Part shown: in pieces, positions 1-12,585 of the stretch
How the letters are laid out: every line of letters starts with the position of its first letter
Position numbering within the stretch: position 1 is the first letter of the stretch
Assembly (NCBI GenBank): GCA_963788195.1
Contig: CAWBGA010000017.1
Location: 1 to 64,000, forward strand
Reading direction: 5' to 3'
From: Nitrospirota bacterium
GTDB lineage: Bacteria > Nitrospirota > Nitrospiria > Nitrospirales > NS-4
Length of the DNA: 64,000 nucleotides
Position numbers and translations under genes: made by a program
Notes under the pieces: generated by a model
What the model saw: only the letters and a program-made list of their open reading frames with translations
What the model was told of the DNA's origin: nothing
Databases searched by the model: none

Positions 1-20
1 GGCGGCCGCGTCCTCCGCGG

Positions 21-951
21 CTACTCGATGTTCTGCACCTGCTCGCGCAGCTGCTCGATCGAGCACCTTCATCTCGACCGCGATGTTGGTCAGCTCCAGC
101 GTCGCCGACTTCGACCCGAGCGTGTTGGCCTCGCGCTGCAGCTCCTGGATCAGGAAGTCGAGCCGCTTGCCGATCTCGCCGCCCGCGGCGAGCAGGCGCT
201 CGATCTCGTCGAGGTGCGACGCCAGCCGCGCCAGCTCTTCGGCGACGTCGATGCGGATCGCGTAGGCCGCGGCTTCGTTGAGCGCGCGTTCCTGCAGCGC
301 CTCGCGCGGCGATCGTCTGCGCCGCGCCGGCTGGCCGAGCGCTTCGTTCCAGCGCTCGAGGAAGCGCTGCTGCTGGCGCTGCACGACCGCCGGCACCAGC
401 GGCTCGGCCTGATCGGCCAGCTGCGCGCAGGTGCGCGACGCGCTCGAGCAGCACGCGACGAGCCGCTCGCCTTCGCGCGCGCGCGCCTCGCGCAGGCCGT
501 CGATGCAGCGCGCGGCCGGCGTCGAGCGCCGATCTCGTCGAGCTGCTCGGCCGGCGCGCCGCCGCGGCACCATTGCAGGACTTCGTGCACCGACAGGCTC
601 TGCGCGTTCGGCAACCAGCCCTGCACCGTGGCTTCGATGCGCGTCAGGCGGTTCAGCTGCTCGGGCTGCGGCTGCGGCCAGGCGCTGTCGGCGTCGCGCT
701 GCGTCGTCATGCCGCAACTCGATCTTGCCGCGCCGGAAGCGCGCCGTCAGCAGCTCGCGCAGCGCCGGCTCGAGCGCGCGCAGTTCGTCGGGCAGGCGGA
801 ACGCGAGGTCGAGAAACGGCCGTTGACCGAGCGCAGCTCGACGCGTCACGGCCGCGCGCCGCGCGACGTCGGCGCTTCGTGCAGTGCTGCTGCAGGTGCG
901 CCGGGGCGCTGCCGTGGCGCTGGCATAGCCGGTCATGCTGTAAACTGCCAT
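21..951 (-). CDS. yicC: YicC/YloC family endoribonuclease (frameshifted in this sequence)
   Basis: N-terminus [11 protein letters not shown] at 951 and C-terminus [11 protein letters not shown] at 21; EELARL and RLDFLIQEL motifs across frames. Confidence 0.9.
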
Positions 952-981
952 CGCAGCTTACGCCCCTAGCAAAACCAGATT

Positions 982-1953
982 ATGTCAAAGCCGAAACCCG
1001 CTCCGCTGCCTTCGGGCACCGTGGTGGGCGGCTACCAGGTCGTCAAGAAACTGGCGGCCGGCGGCTTCGGCGTGGTCTACCTCGCCGAGGACGCCGAGCG
1101 CCATCTGGTCGCGCTGAAGGAGTACCTGCCGTCGTCGCTCGCCGAGCGCTCGCCGGGCGAACTGACGCCGCGCGTCAAGCCCGAGAAGCAGCCGCTCTAC
1201 CGGCTCGGCCTGAAGAGCTTCTTCGAAGAAGGCCGCTCGCTCGCGCAGATCTCGCACCCGAGCGTCGTCTCGGTGCTGAACTTCTTCCGCGAGAACGAAA
1301 CCGTCTACATGGTGATGAACTACCTGCAGGGCGATACCCTGCAGGATTTCATCGTCACCGCGCGCGACCTGAAGCGCGACAAGGTGTTCCGCGAGATCGA
1401 CGATCCGCTCGCTGTTCGACGAGATCCTGCGCGGCTTGCGCATCGTGCACCAGCACAAGATGCTGCACCTCGACATCAAGCCGGCCAACATCTTCATCAC
1501 CAACGAGAACAAGGCGGTGCTGCTCGACTTCGGCGCCGCGCGCGAGGTGCTGTCGAAGGAAGGCAACTTCATCCGCCCGATGTACACGCCGGGCTTCGCC
1601 GCGCCCGAGATGTACCGGCGCGACGGCACGCTCGGCCCGTGGACCGACATCTACGCGATCGGCGCCTGCATCTACGCCTGCATGCAGGGCTATCCGCCGA
1701 ACGACGCGCCGCAGCGGATCGAGAAGGACCGCCTCGCGCTGTCAGCCTCTCGCGGCTGCGCAACGTCTACTCCGACAACCTGATCGAAGTGACCGAGTGG
1801 TGCATGTCGCTCGATCCGCTGTCGCGGCCGCAGAGCGTGTTCGCGCTGCAGAAGGAACTGTCGCGCGAGACCGAGCGCCAGTACACCAAGCTCAGCTTCA
1901 GCGAACGGCTGAAGCTGCAGCTCGAGAACCTCACCGCCAGCGCCAAGGCCTGA
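982..1953 (+). CDS. Hanks-type Ser/Thr protein kinase, cytoplasmic (frameshifted)
   Basis: [31 protein letters not shown] and DIYAIG motifs split between ORFs 982..1953 and 1436..1783. Confidence 0.92.
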   Translation: MSKPKPAPLPSGTVVGGYQVVKKLAAGGFGVVYLAEDAERHLVALKEYLPSSLAERSPGELTPRVKPEKQPLYRLGLKSFFEEGRSLAQISHPSVVSVLNFFRENETVYMVMNYLQGDTLQDFIVTARDLKRDKVFREIDDPLAVRRDPARLAHRAPAQDAAPRHQAGQHLHHQREQGGAARLRRRARGAVEGRQLHPPDVHAGLRRARDVPARRHARPVDRHLRDRRLHLRLHAGLSAERRAAADREGPPRAVSLSRLRNVYSDNLIEVTEWCMSLDPLSRPQSVFALQKELSRETERQYTKLSFSERLKLQLENLTASAKA

Positions 1954-1970
1954 GCCCGAGGCCTGCCTGC

Positions 1971-2887
1971 ATGCGCTTCTCCGTCTACCAGGTCAGCCGC
2001 AAGGGCGGCCGCGAGAAGAACGAAGACCGCATGGGCTATTGCTACACCCGCGACGCCGGGCTGTTCGCGCTGGCCGACGGCATGGGCGGTCATCCGGAAG
2101 GCGAGGTCGCGTCGCAGCTCGCGCTGCAGACGCTGGCCGCGATGTTCCAGCGCGAATGCCAAGCCGACGCTCGCCGATCCGCTGCGCTTCCTGCACGACG
2201 CGATCATGGCCGGCCACCACCAGCTGCTGCGCTACGCGACCGAGAAGGCGCTGGTCGACACGCCGCGCACGACGATCGTCGCCTGCCTGCTGCAGGGCAA
2301 CGCCGCCTACTGGGCGCATTGCGGCGATTCGCGGCTGTACCTCGTGCGCGGCGACAAGCTCATCGCCCGCACGCGCGACCATTCGTACTCCGAGCTGCAG
2401 CAGACGATGAGCCAGGTCGTGCCGATGGGCGACCGGTTCAACCGCAACGTGCTCTTCACCTGCCTCGGCAGCCCCGGCAAGCCGGTGGTCGACACCGTCG
2501 GCCCGCTGCTGATGCAGGCGGCGACCGCCTGCTGCTCTGCTCCGACGGCCTCTGGGGAACGGTCAGCGACGCGGTGATCGTCGAGCAGCTGGCGTCCAGG
2601 CGATCTCGGATGCGGTGCCCGAGCTGGTCGAGCAGGCGCTGCGCAACGGCGGCGCCGAAGTGCGACAACGTCTCGCTGCTGGCGGTCGAGTGGGAAGGCG
2701 CCGAGGACGGCGACACGGCCGGCGCCATCTCGACGCAGTCGCTCGGCGAAGCGGTGTTCGCGTCGACGATCCAGGCGAGCGTGCTCGGCGCGAGCCGCCC
2801 GACGAGCTCGACGATGCCGAGATCGAGCGCTCGATCAAGGAAATCAACGAGGCGATCAAGCGCTCGTCGCAGCAGAAGAAGTCCTGA
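1971..2887 (+). CDS. PP2C/PPM family Ser/Thr phosphatase (frameshifted)
   Basis: [39 protein letters not shown] and DNVS motifs. Confidence 0.92.
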
Positions 2888-2954
2888 CGCCCAGCTCGCG
2901 CGACGAGCTTTCCCGCTCGCGTCGCCCGAGCGGGCCGCGTGCGACAATCGCGCG

Positions 2955-3679
2955 ATGACATTCCAACGCTCCCAGGGCCGCGCCGCCGACGCGCTGCGGC
3001 CGGTCTCGATCACGCGCCGCTACACCCGCCATGCCGAGGGCTCGGTGCTGGTCGCCTTCGGCGACACGCAAGGTGCTCTGCACCGCATCGGTCGAAGAGA
3101 AGGTGCCGCCGCACAAGCGCGGCAGCGGCGAAGGCTGGGTCACCGCCGAGTACGGCATGCTGCCGCGCGCCACCCACACGCGCGGCGACCGCGAGGCGGC
3201 GCGCGGCAAGCAGAGCGGCCGCACGCAGGAGATCCAGCGCCTGATCGGCCGCTCGCTGCGCTGCGTGTTCGACCTGCGCGCGCTCGGCGAGCGCACGATC
3301 TCGCTCGACTGCGACGTGCTGCAGGCCGACGGCGGCACGCGCACCGCGGCGATCACCGGCGCGTTCGTCGCCGCGCACGACGCGGTGGCGTGGCTGATCG
3401 CGCAGGCAAGCTCGCGCGTCGCCGATCCGCGACTTCGTCGCTGCGGTCTCGGTCGGCATCGTCGAAGGCACGCCGCTGCTCGACCTCGACTACGACGAGG
3501 ACTCGGCCTGCGACACCGACATGAACGTCGTGATGACCGGCGCCGGCGGCTTCGTCGAGCTGCAGGGCACTGCCGAAGGCGCGCCGTTCTCGCGAGTCGA
3601 GATGGACGGCCTGCTCGCGCTGGCCGGCAAGGGCATCGGCGAGCTGGTCGCGGCGCAGCGGCGTGCGCTCGGCGCCTGA
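2955..3679 (+). CDS. rph: Ribonuclease PH (frameshifted)
   Basis: [44 protein letters not shown] motifs. Confidence 0.95.
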
Positions 3680-3688
3680 CGATGCGGC

Positions 3689-4321
3689 GTGAGGCTGGTC
3701 CTTGCGTCGAACAACGCGAAGAAGCTCGCCGAGCTCGGCGCGCTGTTCGCGCCGCTCGGCGATCGAGCTGGTCGCGCAGGGCGCGCTCGGCATCGAGGAG
3801 GCCGAAGAGCCGCATGCGACGTTCCTCGAGAACGCGCTCGCCAAGGCCCGCCACGCGGCGCGAGCGCGCGGGCGGTGCGGCGATCGCCGACGACTCCGGG
3901 CTGTGCGTCGATGCGCTCGGCGGCGCGCCCGGCGTCGCTCGGCGCACTTCGCGCCGGTCGCGCGACCGGCGTCGACGATCGCGAGGCGCATCGGCGGGTC
4001 CAGGACGACGCCAACAACGCGCTGCTGCTCGAGCGCCTGCGCGGCGCCACCGATCGGCGCGCGCGCTACGTCAGCACGCTGGTCGCCGTGCGCCGGCCGA
4101 CGACCCCGAGCCGCTGGTCGCGACCGGGCGCTGGCACGGCGAGATCCTCGGCGCGCCGCAAGGCGCCGGCGGCTTCGGCTACGACCCCTTGATGCTCATT
4201 CCGGCGCTCGGCCGCACGCGTGGCGAGCTCGACACCGGCGCCAAGAACAACAACAGCCACCGCGCGCATCGCTGCGCGCAGCATGCTCGCGCTGATGCGC
4301 GAGGTCTGGCACCTTGGCTGA
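3689..4321 (+). CDS. rdgB: RdgB/HAM1 non-canonical purine NTP pyrophosphatase (frameshifted)
   Basis: [37 protein letters not shown] motifs; follows rph. Confidence 0.92.
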
Positions 4322-4341
4322 GATCGCCGAGTGGCTGAGCG

Positions 4342-5577
4342 ATGCCCGGCCTGACGATCGCTCCGCGCGACACCTCCGGCGAGCGCCGAGCGGCTCGCGC
4401 GCTATGCGCCCGGCGCCCTGTCGTTGCCGCGCTGCCGCCGTTGTCGCTCTACGTGCACCTGCCGTGGTGCCTGAAGAAGTGCCCCTACTGCGACTTCAAC
4501 TCGCACGAGTGGCGAAGCGGCGCCGGCGCGCTGCCCGAAGCGCGGTACGTCGACGCGCTGGTGCGCGACCTCGAAGCGTCGCTGCCGTTCGTCTGGGGCC
4601 GGCGCATCCACAGCATCTTCATCGGCGGCGGCACGCCGAGCCTGTTTGCGCCCGCGTCGATCGAGCGGTTGCTGGCCGAGATCCGCGCGCGGCTGCCGCT
4701 CGAGCCGGGCTGCGAGATCACGCTCGAAGCCAACCCGGGCACCTTCGAGCGCGATCGCTTCCGCGCCTTTCGCGCGGCCGGTGTGACTCGGTTGTCGATC
4801 GGCGTGCAGAGCTTCGACGACGCGAAGCTGCGCGCGATCGGCCGCGTCCATGACGCGGCGCAGGCGCATGCCGCCGTCGAGGAGGCGGCGGCCGCGTTCG
4901 ACACGTTCAACGTCGACCTGATGTACGCGTTGCCGGGGCAGACGCTGGCCGAGTGCGGCGGCGACCTCGACGCCGCGCTGGCGTTCGAGCCACCGCATCT
5001 CTCGGCCTACCACCTGACGATCGAGCCGAACACCTGGTTCGCGAAGCACCCGCCGGCGCTGCCCGACGACGACCTGGCGGCCGAGATGCTCGACCGCATC
5101 GTCGCCGCGCCGGGGATGCCGGACTCGAGCGCTACGAGGTCTCGGCGTACGCGCGACCCGGCCATCGCTGCCTCCACAACCTGAACTACTGGCAGTTCGG
5201 CGACTACCTCGGCATCGGCGCCGGCGCGCACGGCAAGCTGAGGTTTCCGCACCGGATCGTCCGGCAGGTGCGCTTTCGCGATCCGGCGCGCTACATGGCC
5301 GGGCGCTGAGGCCGGCGCGCGGTCGCCTAGGAGATCGAGGTCGCGCGCGACGAGCTGCCGTTCGAGTTCATGCTCAACGCGCTGCGCCTGCGCGAAGGCT
5401 TCGAGCTGTCGCGCTTCGTCGAGCGCACCGGTCTGCCGCTGTCGCGGTCGAGCGGCCGATGGCCGAAGCGGAGCGACGCGGCCTGCTGGAGCGCGACCTC
5501 AGCCGCGCTGGCCGACCGCGAGGGGCCTCGATTTCCTCAACGACCTGCAGGCGCTGTTCCTGCCGCCGCGTGCCTGA
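4342..5577 (+). CDS. hemW: Radical SAM heme chaperone HemW (frameshifted; start approximate)
   Basis: [37 protein letters not shown]; rph-rdgB-hemW order. Confidence 0.92.
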
Positions 5578-5707
5578 GCCGCCGCGGCGACAGGTGCGCG
5601 ACCACGCCGGCGTCCGTGCATCGCCGCACTTGAGAAGATCGACACATCTCGGCGTGGCGTCGTTTGCAAATGACCGCTGCTAGACTGCCCCGAACCACGC
5701 CCGCCTC

Positions 5708-6442
5708 GTGCCCCACAAGATCGACCCGACGTTCAGCGACCACGCCGCGCTCAGCCTCGACGGTGCGCTGCAGTTGCTGCAACAGTCGGGCCACGCGCTG
5801 CCGGACCTGGGCCAGCGCGCCGCGTCGCCTGGCTGCAGGCGGTGATCGACGGCTTGTGCCAGCTGTCGAGCCGCGATCCGCTCACCGGCCTGGCGCAACC
5901 GCCGCCACTTCGAGCTCACGCTCGCGCAGCGAGGTCGATCGTGTCGCCCGCGCCGGCGAGCCGCCGTTGAGTGCTGATGATCGACATCGATCACTTCAAG
6001 CGCGTCAACGACGCCCACGGCCACCAGGCCGGCGACCTGGTGCTGAAGGCGGTCGGCGCCGCGCTCGGCGAATGCATCCGGCCGATGGACACGGTGGCGC
6101 GGTTCGGCGGCGAGGAGTTCGCGATAGATCCTGCCGAACTGCGCGCCGTCGTACGGGCAGACCGTCGCCGAGCGAGATCCGCGCCCACGTCGGCTCGCGC
6201 AGCGATCGCGATCGGCGAGCGGCAACGAGGTCGCGGTGACGGTCTCGATCGGCGGCGCGTTCGCGCCGCAATGGGTGCGCTCGTCGGCGCTGCTCTGGGT
6301 CGAGCGCGCCGACCAGCAGCTCTACCGCGCCAAGTCAGAAGGGCGCAACCGCGCCTGCCTCGAGCAGCCGACGGTCTCGCTCGTCAGCGCCGAGGAGAAG
6401 GGCCTGCTGTTCGGCACCTCGACCTTCGCGGAGCTCGGCTGA
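5708..6442 (+). CDS. GGDEF diguanylate cyclase (frameshifted)
   Basis: [28 protein letters not shown] then [21 protein letters not shown]. Confidence 0.9.
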
Positions 6443-7237
6443 TGACGGCGATCGCCAGGAGACGGCGCCAAGGCGAAGATCCTCGCCGTGACGAGCGGCA
6501 AGGGCGGCGTCGGCAAGACCTTCTTCTCGGCCAACCTCGCCGCCGCGCTGGCGCGGCGCGGCGAGCGCGTCCTCGTCCTCGACGCCGACCTCGGCCTCGC
6601 CAACCTCGACGTCGTCCTCAACCTGCACCCGAAGATCACGCTGCACGACGTCTTCACCGGCAAGGCGACGCTCGACGAGGCGATCCTGCCGGCGCCGGGC
6701 GGCTTCTCGGTGCTGCTCGCCGGCTCCGGCCTGGTCGAATACTCGCGCCTGACGCCGCAGGTGCGCGAGCAGCTGGTCGAGATCATCGACCGCGTCGCGC
6801 CGCGCTTCGACCGCATCCTGCTCGACACCGGCGCCGGCATCTCCGACGTCGTCCTGCACGCGATCTCGCTCGCCGACGACGTCCTCGTCATCGCCACGCC
6901 CGAGCCGACGTCGATGACCAACGCCTACGCGACGATCAAGCTGCTCGCGACGCAGCAGGACCGGCGCGTGATCAAGATCGTCGTTAACCAGGTCAGCGTC
7001 GCCGGCGAAGGGCGAGACGATCCGCAACCAGCTGCAGCTCGTCGTCGACCGCTTCGTCTGCCCGCACCTGAACGCCGGCAACAGCGCCGCGGTGGCGCTC
7101 GACCTGCAGGGCGAGATCCCGACCGATCCCGCGGTGCGCGAGGTGGTGCAGCGGCGGGTGCTCCTGCTCGACATAGCTGCCGGGCGCCGCGGCGGCGCGG
7201 GCGGTCGTCGCGATCGCGGCGAAGATGGTCGGCCTGA
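6442..7237 (+). CDS. MinD/ParA family ATPase, FlhG/FleN-like (frameshifted)
   Basis: [33 protein letters not shown] motifs; TGATG overlap with the GGDEF gene. Confidence 0.88.
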
Positions 7238-7279
7238 CCAGTCGCGCTGTGCGCGGCCGCCCGCAGGGCGCCGCTCGGC

Positions 7280-7927
7280 TCCGCTGCCTTCGCAGCAGCA
7301 CGATCAGCGCGCCATGGCCGCCGTCGGCGGGCGCGCCTGCGTGAAGGCGAGCACTTCGCTCCGCTGCACGAGCCAGCTCGCACCTTGGCCTTCAGCACCG
7401 GCTCGCGCCCCGGCGAGCCGTTGCCCTTGCCGTGGACGACGCGCACGCAGCGCAGCCCGGCGCGCGGCGGCGTCGCGCAGGAAGGCGGCGACACGCTCGC
7501 GCGCCTCGTCGCGCCGCAGGCCGTGCAGGTCGAGCTCGCCCTGCAGCGCCCAGACGCCGCGCCGGAGCTTGCGGACGACTTCGGGGCCGATGTCGCGGCG
7601 GCGGAACGACAGCATGTCGTCGGTCTCGAGCAGCGACTCGACGTCGAATTCGTCGGAGATCGATTCGGCGCAGCACGGCCGCTTCGTCGCGCTCGCGCTG
7701 GCGCGGCGATCGGCGCCGGCCGCGCGCGGCCGGCGCGCGGCGCGGCCGCCTTGCGCAGCGGAACGACCTGGCCGACGGCGACGGCGAAGAGGTCGCGTTC
7801 GCGCCGCGCGGCGCGCGGCCGCTCGCGCTCGGCGCGCCGCTCGGCCTCGGCGCTGCGGCGCTGCTCGGCAGCGCGGCGCGCAGCGCGGCCAGCTCGCCGA
7901 GGTGCCGGCCTTGGTCGGCGCCGTCAC
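7280..7927 (-). CDS. Smr/MutS2-C domain protein (frameshifted; 3' end approximate)
   Basis: [40 protein letters not shown]. Confidence 0.88.
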
Positions 7928-8592
7928 AGCATGCCCCGCTCGGCGAACGAGACGACCTCGCCGGCCGACGACCAGGTGGTCGAGCACGCGGATGTCGACC
8001 AGCGCGAGCGCGTTCTTCAGCGTCTGCGTCAGGAGCTCGTCGGCGCGCGACGGCTCGGCCACCCCGACGGATGGTTGTGCGCGAGGATCACCGCGGCCGC
8101 GCAGGTCGAGCGCGCGCTTGACCACGTCGCGCGGATAGACGCTGGTCTGCGTCAACGTGCCGCGGAACAACTCCTCGAGCCGGACGCAGGCGGTTCTGCG
8201 CGTCGAGAAACACCACCGCGAAGACCTCGTGCTCGCGGCCGCCGAGCTGCAGCCGCAGGTAGTCCTTGACCTTGCCCGGTGCGTCGAAGACCGGCCGCGC
8301 GTCAGCTCGCTCGGCGAGCGAGCGGCGCGCCAGCTCCATGATCGCGGCGATCTCGGCGCGCTTGGCCGGGCCGAGGCCCTTGATCCGGCCGAGCTGCGCG
8401 GGCTCGGCATGCAGCAGGCCGGTCAGCCCGCCGAACTCGTCGAGCAGCTGCTGGGCGAACTGCAGCACGCCGGTGCCGGGGAGGCCGGTGCGCAGCAGCA
8501 GCGCGACCAGTTCGACATCGGCGAGCGCCGCGGGGCCGAGCGCGAGCAGCTTCTCGCGCGGGCCGGGCCGAGGCGGGAATGTCCTTGGCCAT
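7924..8592 (-). CDS. radC: RadC family JAB-domain protein (frameshifted)
   Basis: [51 protein letters not shown]. Confidence 0.9.
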
Positions 8593-8669
8593 GGTGACGG
8601 CGGGCGGCCCGCGCGCGCTGCCTCGTAAAATCGGCCGGCTCCAGTTTCGTCGCCGCAGGCGCTTCGGCC

Positions 8670-9109
8670 TTGAACCCCGTTCGTGCCCCGGCTCCTTCCT
8701 GACGCTGCACTACCGTCTGGCCGGCGCCGATGGCGCCGACATCATCAGCACCTTCGACGACCAGCCGGCCACGCTGTCGATCGGCAGCGGCGAGCTGGTG
8801 CCGGCGGTCGAGGCCCGTCTGCTCGGCCTGCCGAGGGCAGCACGCGATCGTTCGCCTCGCCGCCGGCGTCGCGTTCGGCGAGCGCAACCCGGCGCTGCTG
8901 CAGCGGGTCAGCCGCGCGCTGCTCGACGCCACGGCGAAAGCGACGGCGACTACCGGTCGGCGATGTGGTCCAGTTCCCGTGCCCGACGGGCAGGGCGCTG
9001 TCGCCGGCGTCGTGCGCGAGGCCGACGAGAGTCGCTGATGATCGACTTCAACCATCCGCTCGCCGGCCAGCCGGTGACGTTCGAGGTGCAGCTGATCGGG
9101 GTGCTGTGA
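8670..9109 (+). CDS. fkpB: FKBP-type peptidyl-prolyl isomerase, SlpA/FkpB-like (frameshifted)
   Basis: SFLTLHYRL and [21 protein letters not shown]; directly upstream of ispH. Confidence 0.85.
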
Positions 9110-10071
9110 TGACGGCGATGCTCGAAGAGATCGTGCTGGCCGAGCCGCGCGGCTTCTGCGCCGGCGTCGACCGCGCGATCGAGATCGTCGAGCGCGCGCT
9201 GCACAAGTTCGGCGCGCCGATCTACGTGCGCCACGAGATCGTCCACAACACCTACGTCGTCAACGACCTGAAGGCGAAGGGCGCGATCTTCATCGAGGAC
9301 CTCGCCGACGTGCCGCCCGGCGCGACGCTCGTCTTCAGCGCGCACGGCGTCTCGCAGGCGGTGCGGCGCGAGGCCGCGGCGCGCGGCTTCAGCGTCTTCG
9401 ACGCGACCTGTCCGCTCGTCACCAAGGTCCACGTCGAGGTCGCGAAGCTGCACAAGGAAGGCTACGACTTCATCATGATCGGCCACAAGGGCCACCCCGA
9501 GGTCGAGGGCACGATGGGGCAGCTCGCCGAGGGCATCTACCTGGTCGAGGACGTCGACGACGTCGAACGGCTCGAGGTGGACCGCCGATCGGCCCTGGCG
9601 GTCGTCACGCAGACGACGCTCTCGGTCGACGATGCCGCGCAGATCCTCGCGGCGGTCAAGCGGCGCTTTCCGGACGTGCGCGAGCCGAAGCAGCAGGACA
9701 TCTGCTACGCGACGCAGAACCGGCAGGACGCGGTCAAGGTGCTCGCGCCCGGCGTCGACGTGCTGATCGTCGTCGGCAGCCCGACCAGCTCGAACAGCAA
9801 CCGGCTGCGCGAGCTCGCCGAGCGGCTCGGCACCGACGCCTACATGGTCGACTGCGCCGACGACCTGCAGCCGAGTGGTTCGAGGGCAAGCGGCGCGTCG
9901 GCCTGACGGCCGGCGCGTCGGCGCCGGAGATGCTCGTCGCAGCAGGTGATCGAGCGGCTGCGCGCGCTCGGCGCGGTGTCGGTGCGACGCCTGCCCGGCG
10001 TCGCCGAGACGGTCCACTTCCCGCTGCCGATGGGGCTCGGCGACAACTCGATGGGCGACGTGCCGAACTAG
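9109..10071 (+). CDS. ispH: 4-hydroxy-3-methylbut-2-enyl diphosphate reductase
   Basis: [46 protein letters not shown]. Confidence 0.96.
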
Positions 10072-10087
10072 GGCGCTGCAACAGGCC

Positions 10088-10355
10088 CTAGCGGGCAGGC
10101 GCCGGTGCAGCGGGATCGGCCGCACTGTGGCGGCGCGGCGCCGGCAGCCGGGGCTTCGGCGCGTCGGTCGCAGCCATCGCAGCCGCACGACGCCGCTGCC
10201 GCGGCATGGGGCGCAGCCGCGCCGCCACGGCGCGGCAGCGCACCTGCAGCAGTGCTGCGCGAGCGGCGGCGGAGCGCCGCCGGCATCAGGGTCCAGCTCG
10301 CGCAGAGCGCGCAACCGAGGACGAGCACCGCGACGACGAGGCGCTGGACCAGCAT
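10088..10355 (-). CDS. Small FeoB-associated membrane protein with Cys cluster (DUF6587-like)
   Basis: MLVQRLVVAVLVLGCALCASWTLMP helix then SCGCDGCD; directly downstream of feoB. Confidence 0.65.
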
Positions 10356-12250
10356 CGCATCGCCTCCGAGCCACAACGTGATGCGGTACGTGACGAACGA
10401 CGCGACGTAGGCGAGCACGAACAGGTAGAGCGCCATCGAGCAGCGGGTAGCGCCATGAGTTGGTCTCGCGCTTGACGATCGCGAGCGTCGACATGCACTG
10501 CGGCGCGAACACGTACCAGGCGAGCAGCGAATACGCGGTCGCGAGCGACCAGCCCTGGGCGATGACCGGCGACAGCGCGTCGGCGACCGCATCGCCCGCG
10601 GCCGACATCGAATAGACGGTGCCGAGCGCGCCGACCGCGACCTCGCGCGCGGCCAGGCCCGGCACGAGCGCGATCGAGATCTGCCAGTTGAAGCCGATCG
10701 GCGCGAACACGTGCTGCGAGCGCCTGGCCGAGCCAGCCGGCGATGCTGTACTGGATCGCGGGCCCGGTCGCATCGGCCGGCGGCGCCGGGTAGCTCGACA
10801 GGAACCAGAGCAGGACCATCAACGCGAAGATGATGCCGCCGACGCGGCGCATGAAGATGCGCGCGCGCTCCCACAGGCCGAGCACGAGATTGCGCAGGCC
10901 GGGCAGCCGGTAAGGCGGCAGCTCGAGCATCAGCGGCTGGTAGCGGCGCTTCGATCCAGGCGCGCTTGAAGACCCACGCGACCGCCATCGCCGACGACGA
11001 CGCCGGCGACGTAGAGCGCCGAACAGCGTCAGGCCGCGCAGGTTGAACGGGCCGATGCTGCGCTCCGGCACGAAGGCGCCGATCAGCAGCGCATAGACCG
11101 GCAGCCGCGCCGAGCAGGTCATCAGCGGCGCGATCATGATCGTCGCGAGGCGATCCTTCCAGTTGGTGATCGTGCGCGTCGCCATGATCCCCGGGATCGC
11201 GCAGGCGAAGCTCGACAGCAGCGGGATGAAGGCGCGGCCCGAGAGGCCGACCTTGCCCATCAGGTTGTCGAGCAGGAACGCGGCGCGCGGCAGGTAGCCG
11301 GAGTCCTCGAGCAGCAGGATGAAGAAGAACAGGATCAGGATCTGCGGCAGGAAGACGATGACGCTGCCGGCGCCGGCGATCACGCCGTCGACCAGCAGGC
11401 TGCGCAGCGGCCCGTCGGCCATGTGCGCGGCGGTCCATTCGCCGAGGCCGGCCATCGCCGCCTTGATCGCGTCCATCGGCACCGCGGCCCACGAGAAGAC
11501 CGCCTGGAACATCAGGAAGAGGACGACGGCGAGCAGCGCGAGGCCCCAGACCGGGTGCATCACGACGGCGTCGATGCGGTGCTGGAAGCGCTGGAACTGC
11601 GCGGCCTTCGGCGCGACGAGCGCCATGATGCGGCGCACCTCGGTCTGCAGATCGGCCGACGAGCGCGCTTCCGGCAGGCTGGTCGCCGCGGCGCCGCCGC
11701 CGGCAGCACGTCGCCGAGCTGGCTCGCAGCAGCGCGAGCAGGCCGGCGTGGCCGTCGTGCTTGACCGCGACGGTCTCGACGACCGGGCAGCCGAGCTCGG
11801 CCGAGAGCCGCGCGACGTCGATCGCGAGGCCCTGCGAGCGCGCGCACGTCGGCCATGTTCAGCGCGACCATCAGCGGCCGGCCGAGCCGCGTCAGCTCGA
11901 GGACGAGGCGCAGGTTCATGCGCAGGTTGGTCGCGTCGACGACCGCGACGATCGCGTCGGGCGCGGCCTCGCCGTGGCGGCGGCCTTCGATCACCTCGAG
12001 CGTGATCTGCTCGTCGGGCGTCGCCGGCGTCAGGCTGTAGGCGCCGGGCAGGTCGACCACCGAAACCGGCTGGCCGTTGGCCAGCCGCAGCTGCCGACCT
12101 TGCGCTCGACGGTCACGCCGGCGTAGTTGGCGACCTTCTGGCGCGCGCCGGTGAGCAGGTTGAAGAGCGCCGTCTTGCCGCAGTTGGATTGCCGACCAGC
12201 GCGACGCTCCAGCGCGGCGCTGGTCGGGGCGAATTGAGCGCGTGCGCCAC
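10356..12250 (-). CDS. feoB: Ferrous iron transporter FeoB (frameshifted; ends approximate)
   Basis: GKT P-loop, [50 protein letters not shown]. Confidence 0.93.
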
Positions 12251-12254
12251 GACG

Positions 12255-12585
12255 TCAGCGGGCGTGGCGCGCGCGCCGCGCGGCCGGCTCGACGGCGTCG
12301 ACCTCGACGCATTGCGCTTCGAGCAGGCGCAGCGCGAACATCGTCTCGCCGATCAGCACCGCGAGCGGCTCGCGGCCGCCCGGGCCGCGTCGCAGCAGCT
12401 GGACCGGTTCGCCGGGGATAAAGCCGAGTTCGCCGAGCCGCCGCAGCGCCACGGCGTCGACCTCGGGGAAGCCGAGACGACACGGGCGACGACGTCGCCC
12501 GCGCGCCGTCGGCGAGTTGGTTCAGCAGCGGGTCGAGATCGGGCTCACGGTCGGCGGGCAGGGGGGCAAGGGTGACGATGCACAT
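12255..12585 (-). CDS. feoA: Ferrous iron transport protein FeoA (start approximate)
   Basis: [14 protein letters not shown]...[19 protein letters not shown]; upstream of feoB. Confidence 0.88.

Noticed and set aside
573..3524. 983-aa ORF as a giant multidomain protein
   Set aside because: It is a GC-rich open frame that picks up pieces of the phosphatase and rph through indels; the rest is Arg/Ala-rich shadow translation.
7924..8592. radC as a marker of a mobile or anti-defence element
   Set aside because: It is the full-length chromosomal type next to fkpB-ispH, with no integrase or mobile genes nearby.
10068..11492. FeoB fused to the small Cys-rich protein
   Set aside because: The read-through lies in heavily frameshifted sequence and GGAGG precedes the internal ATG; two genes are more likely.
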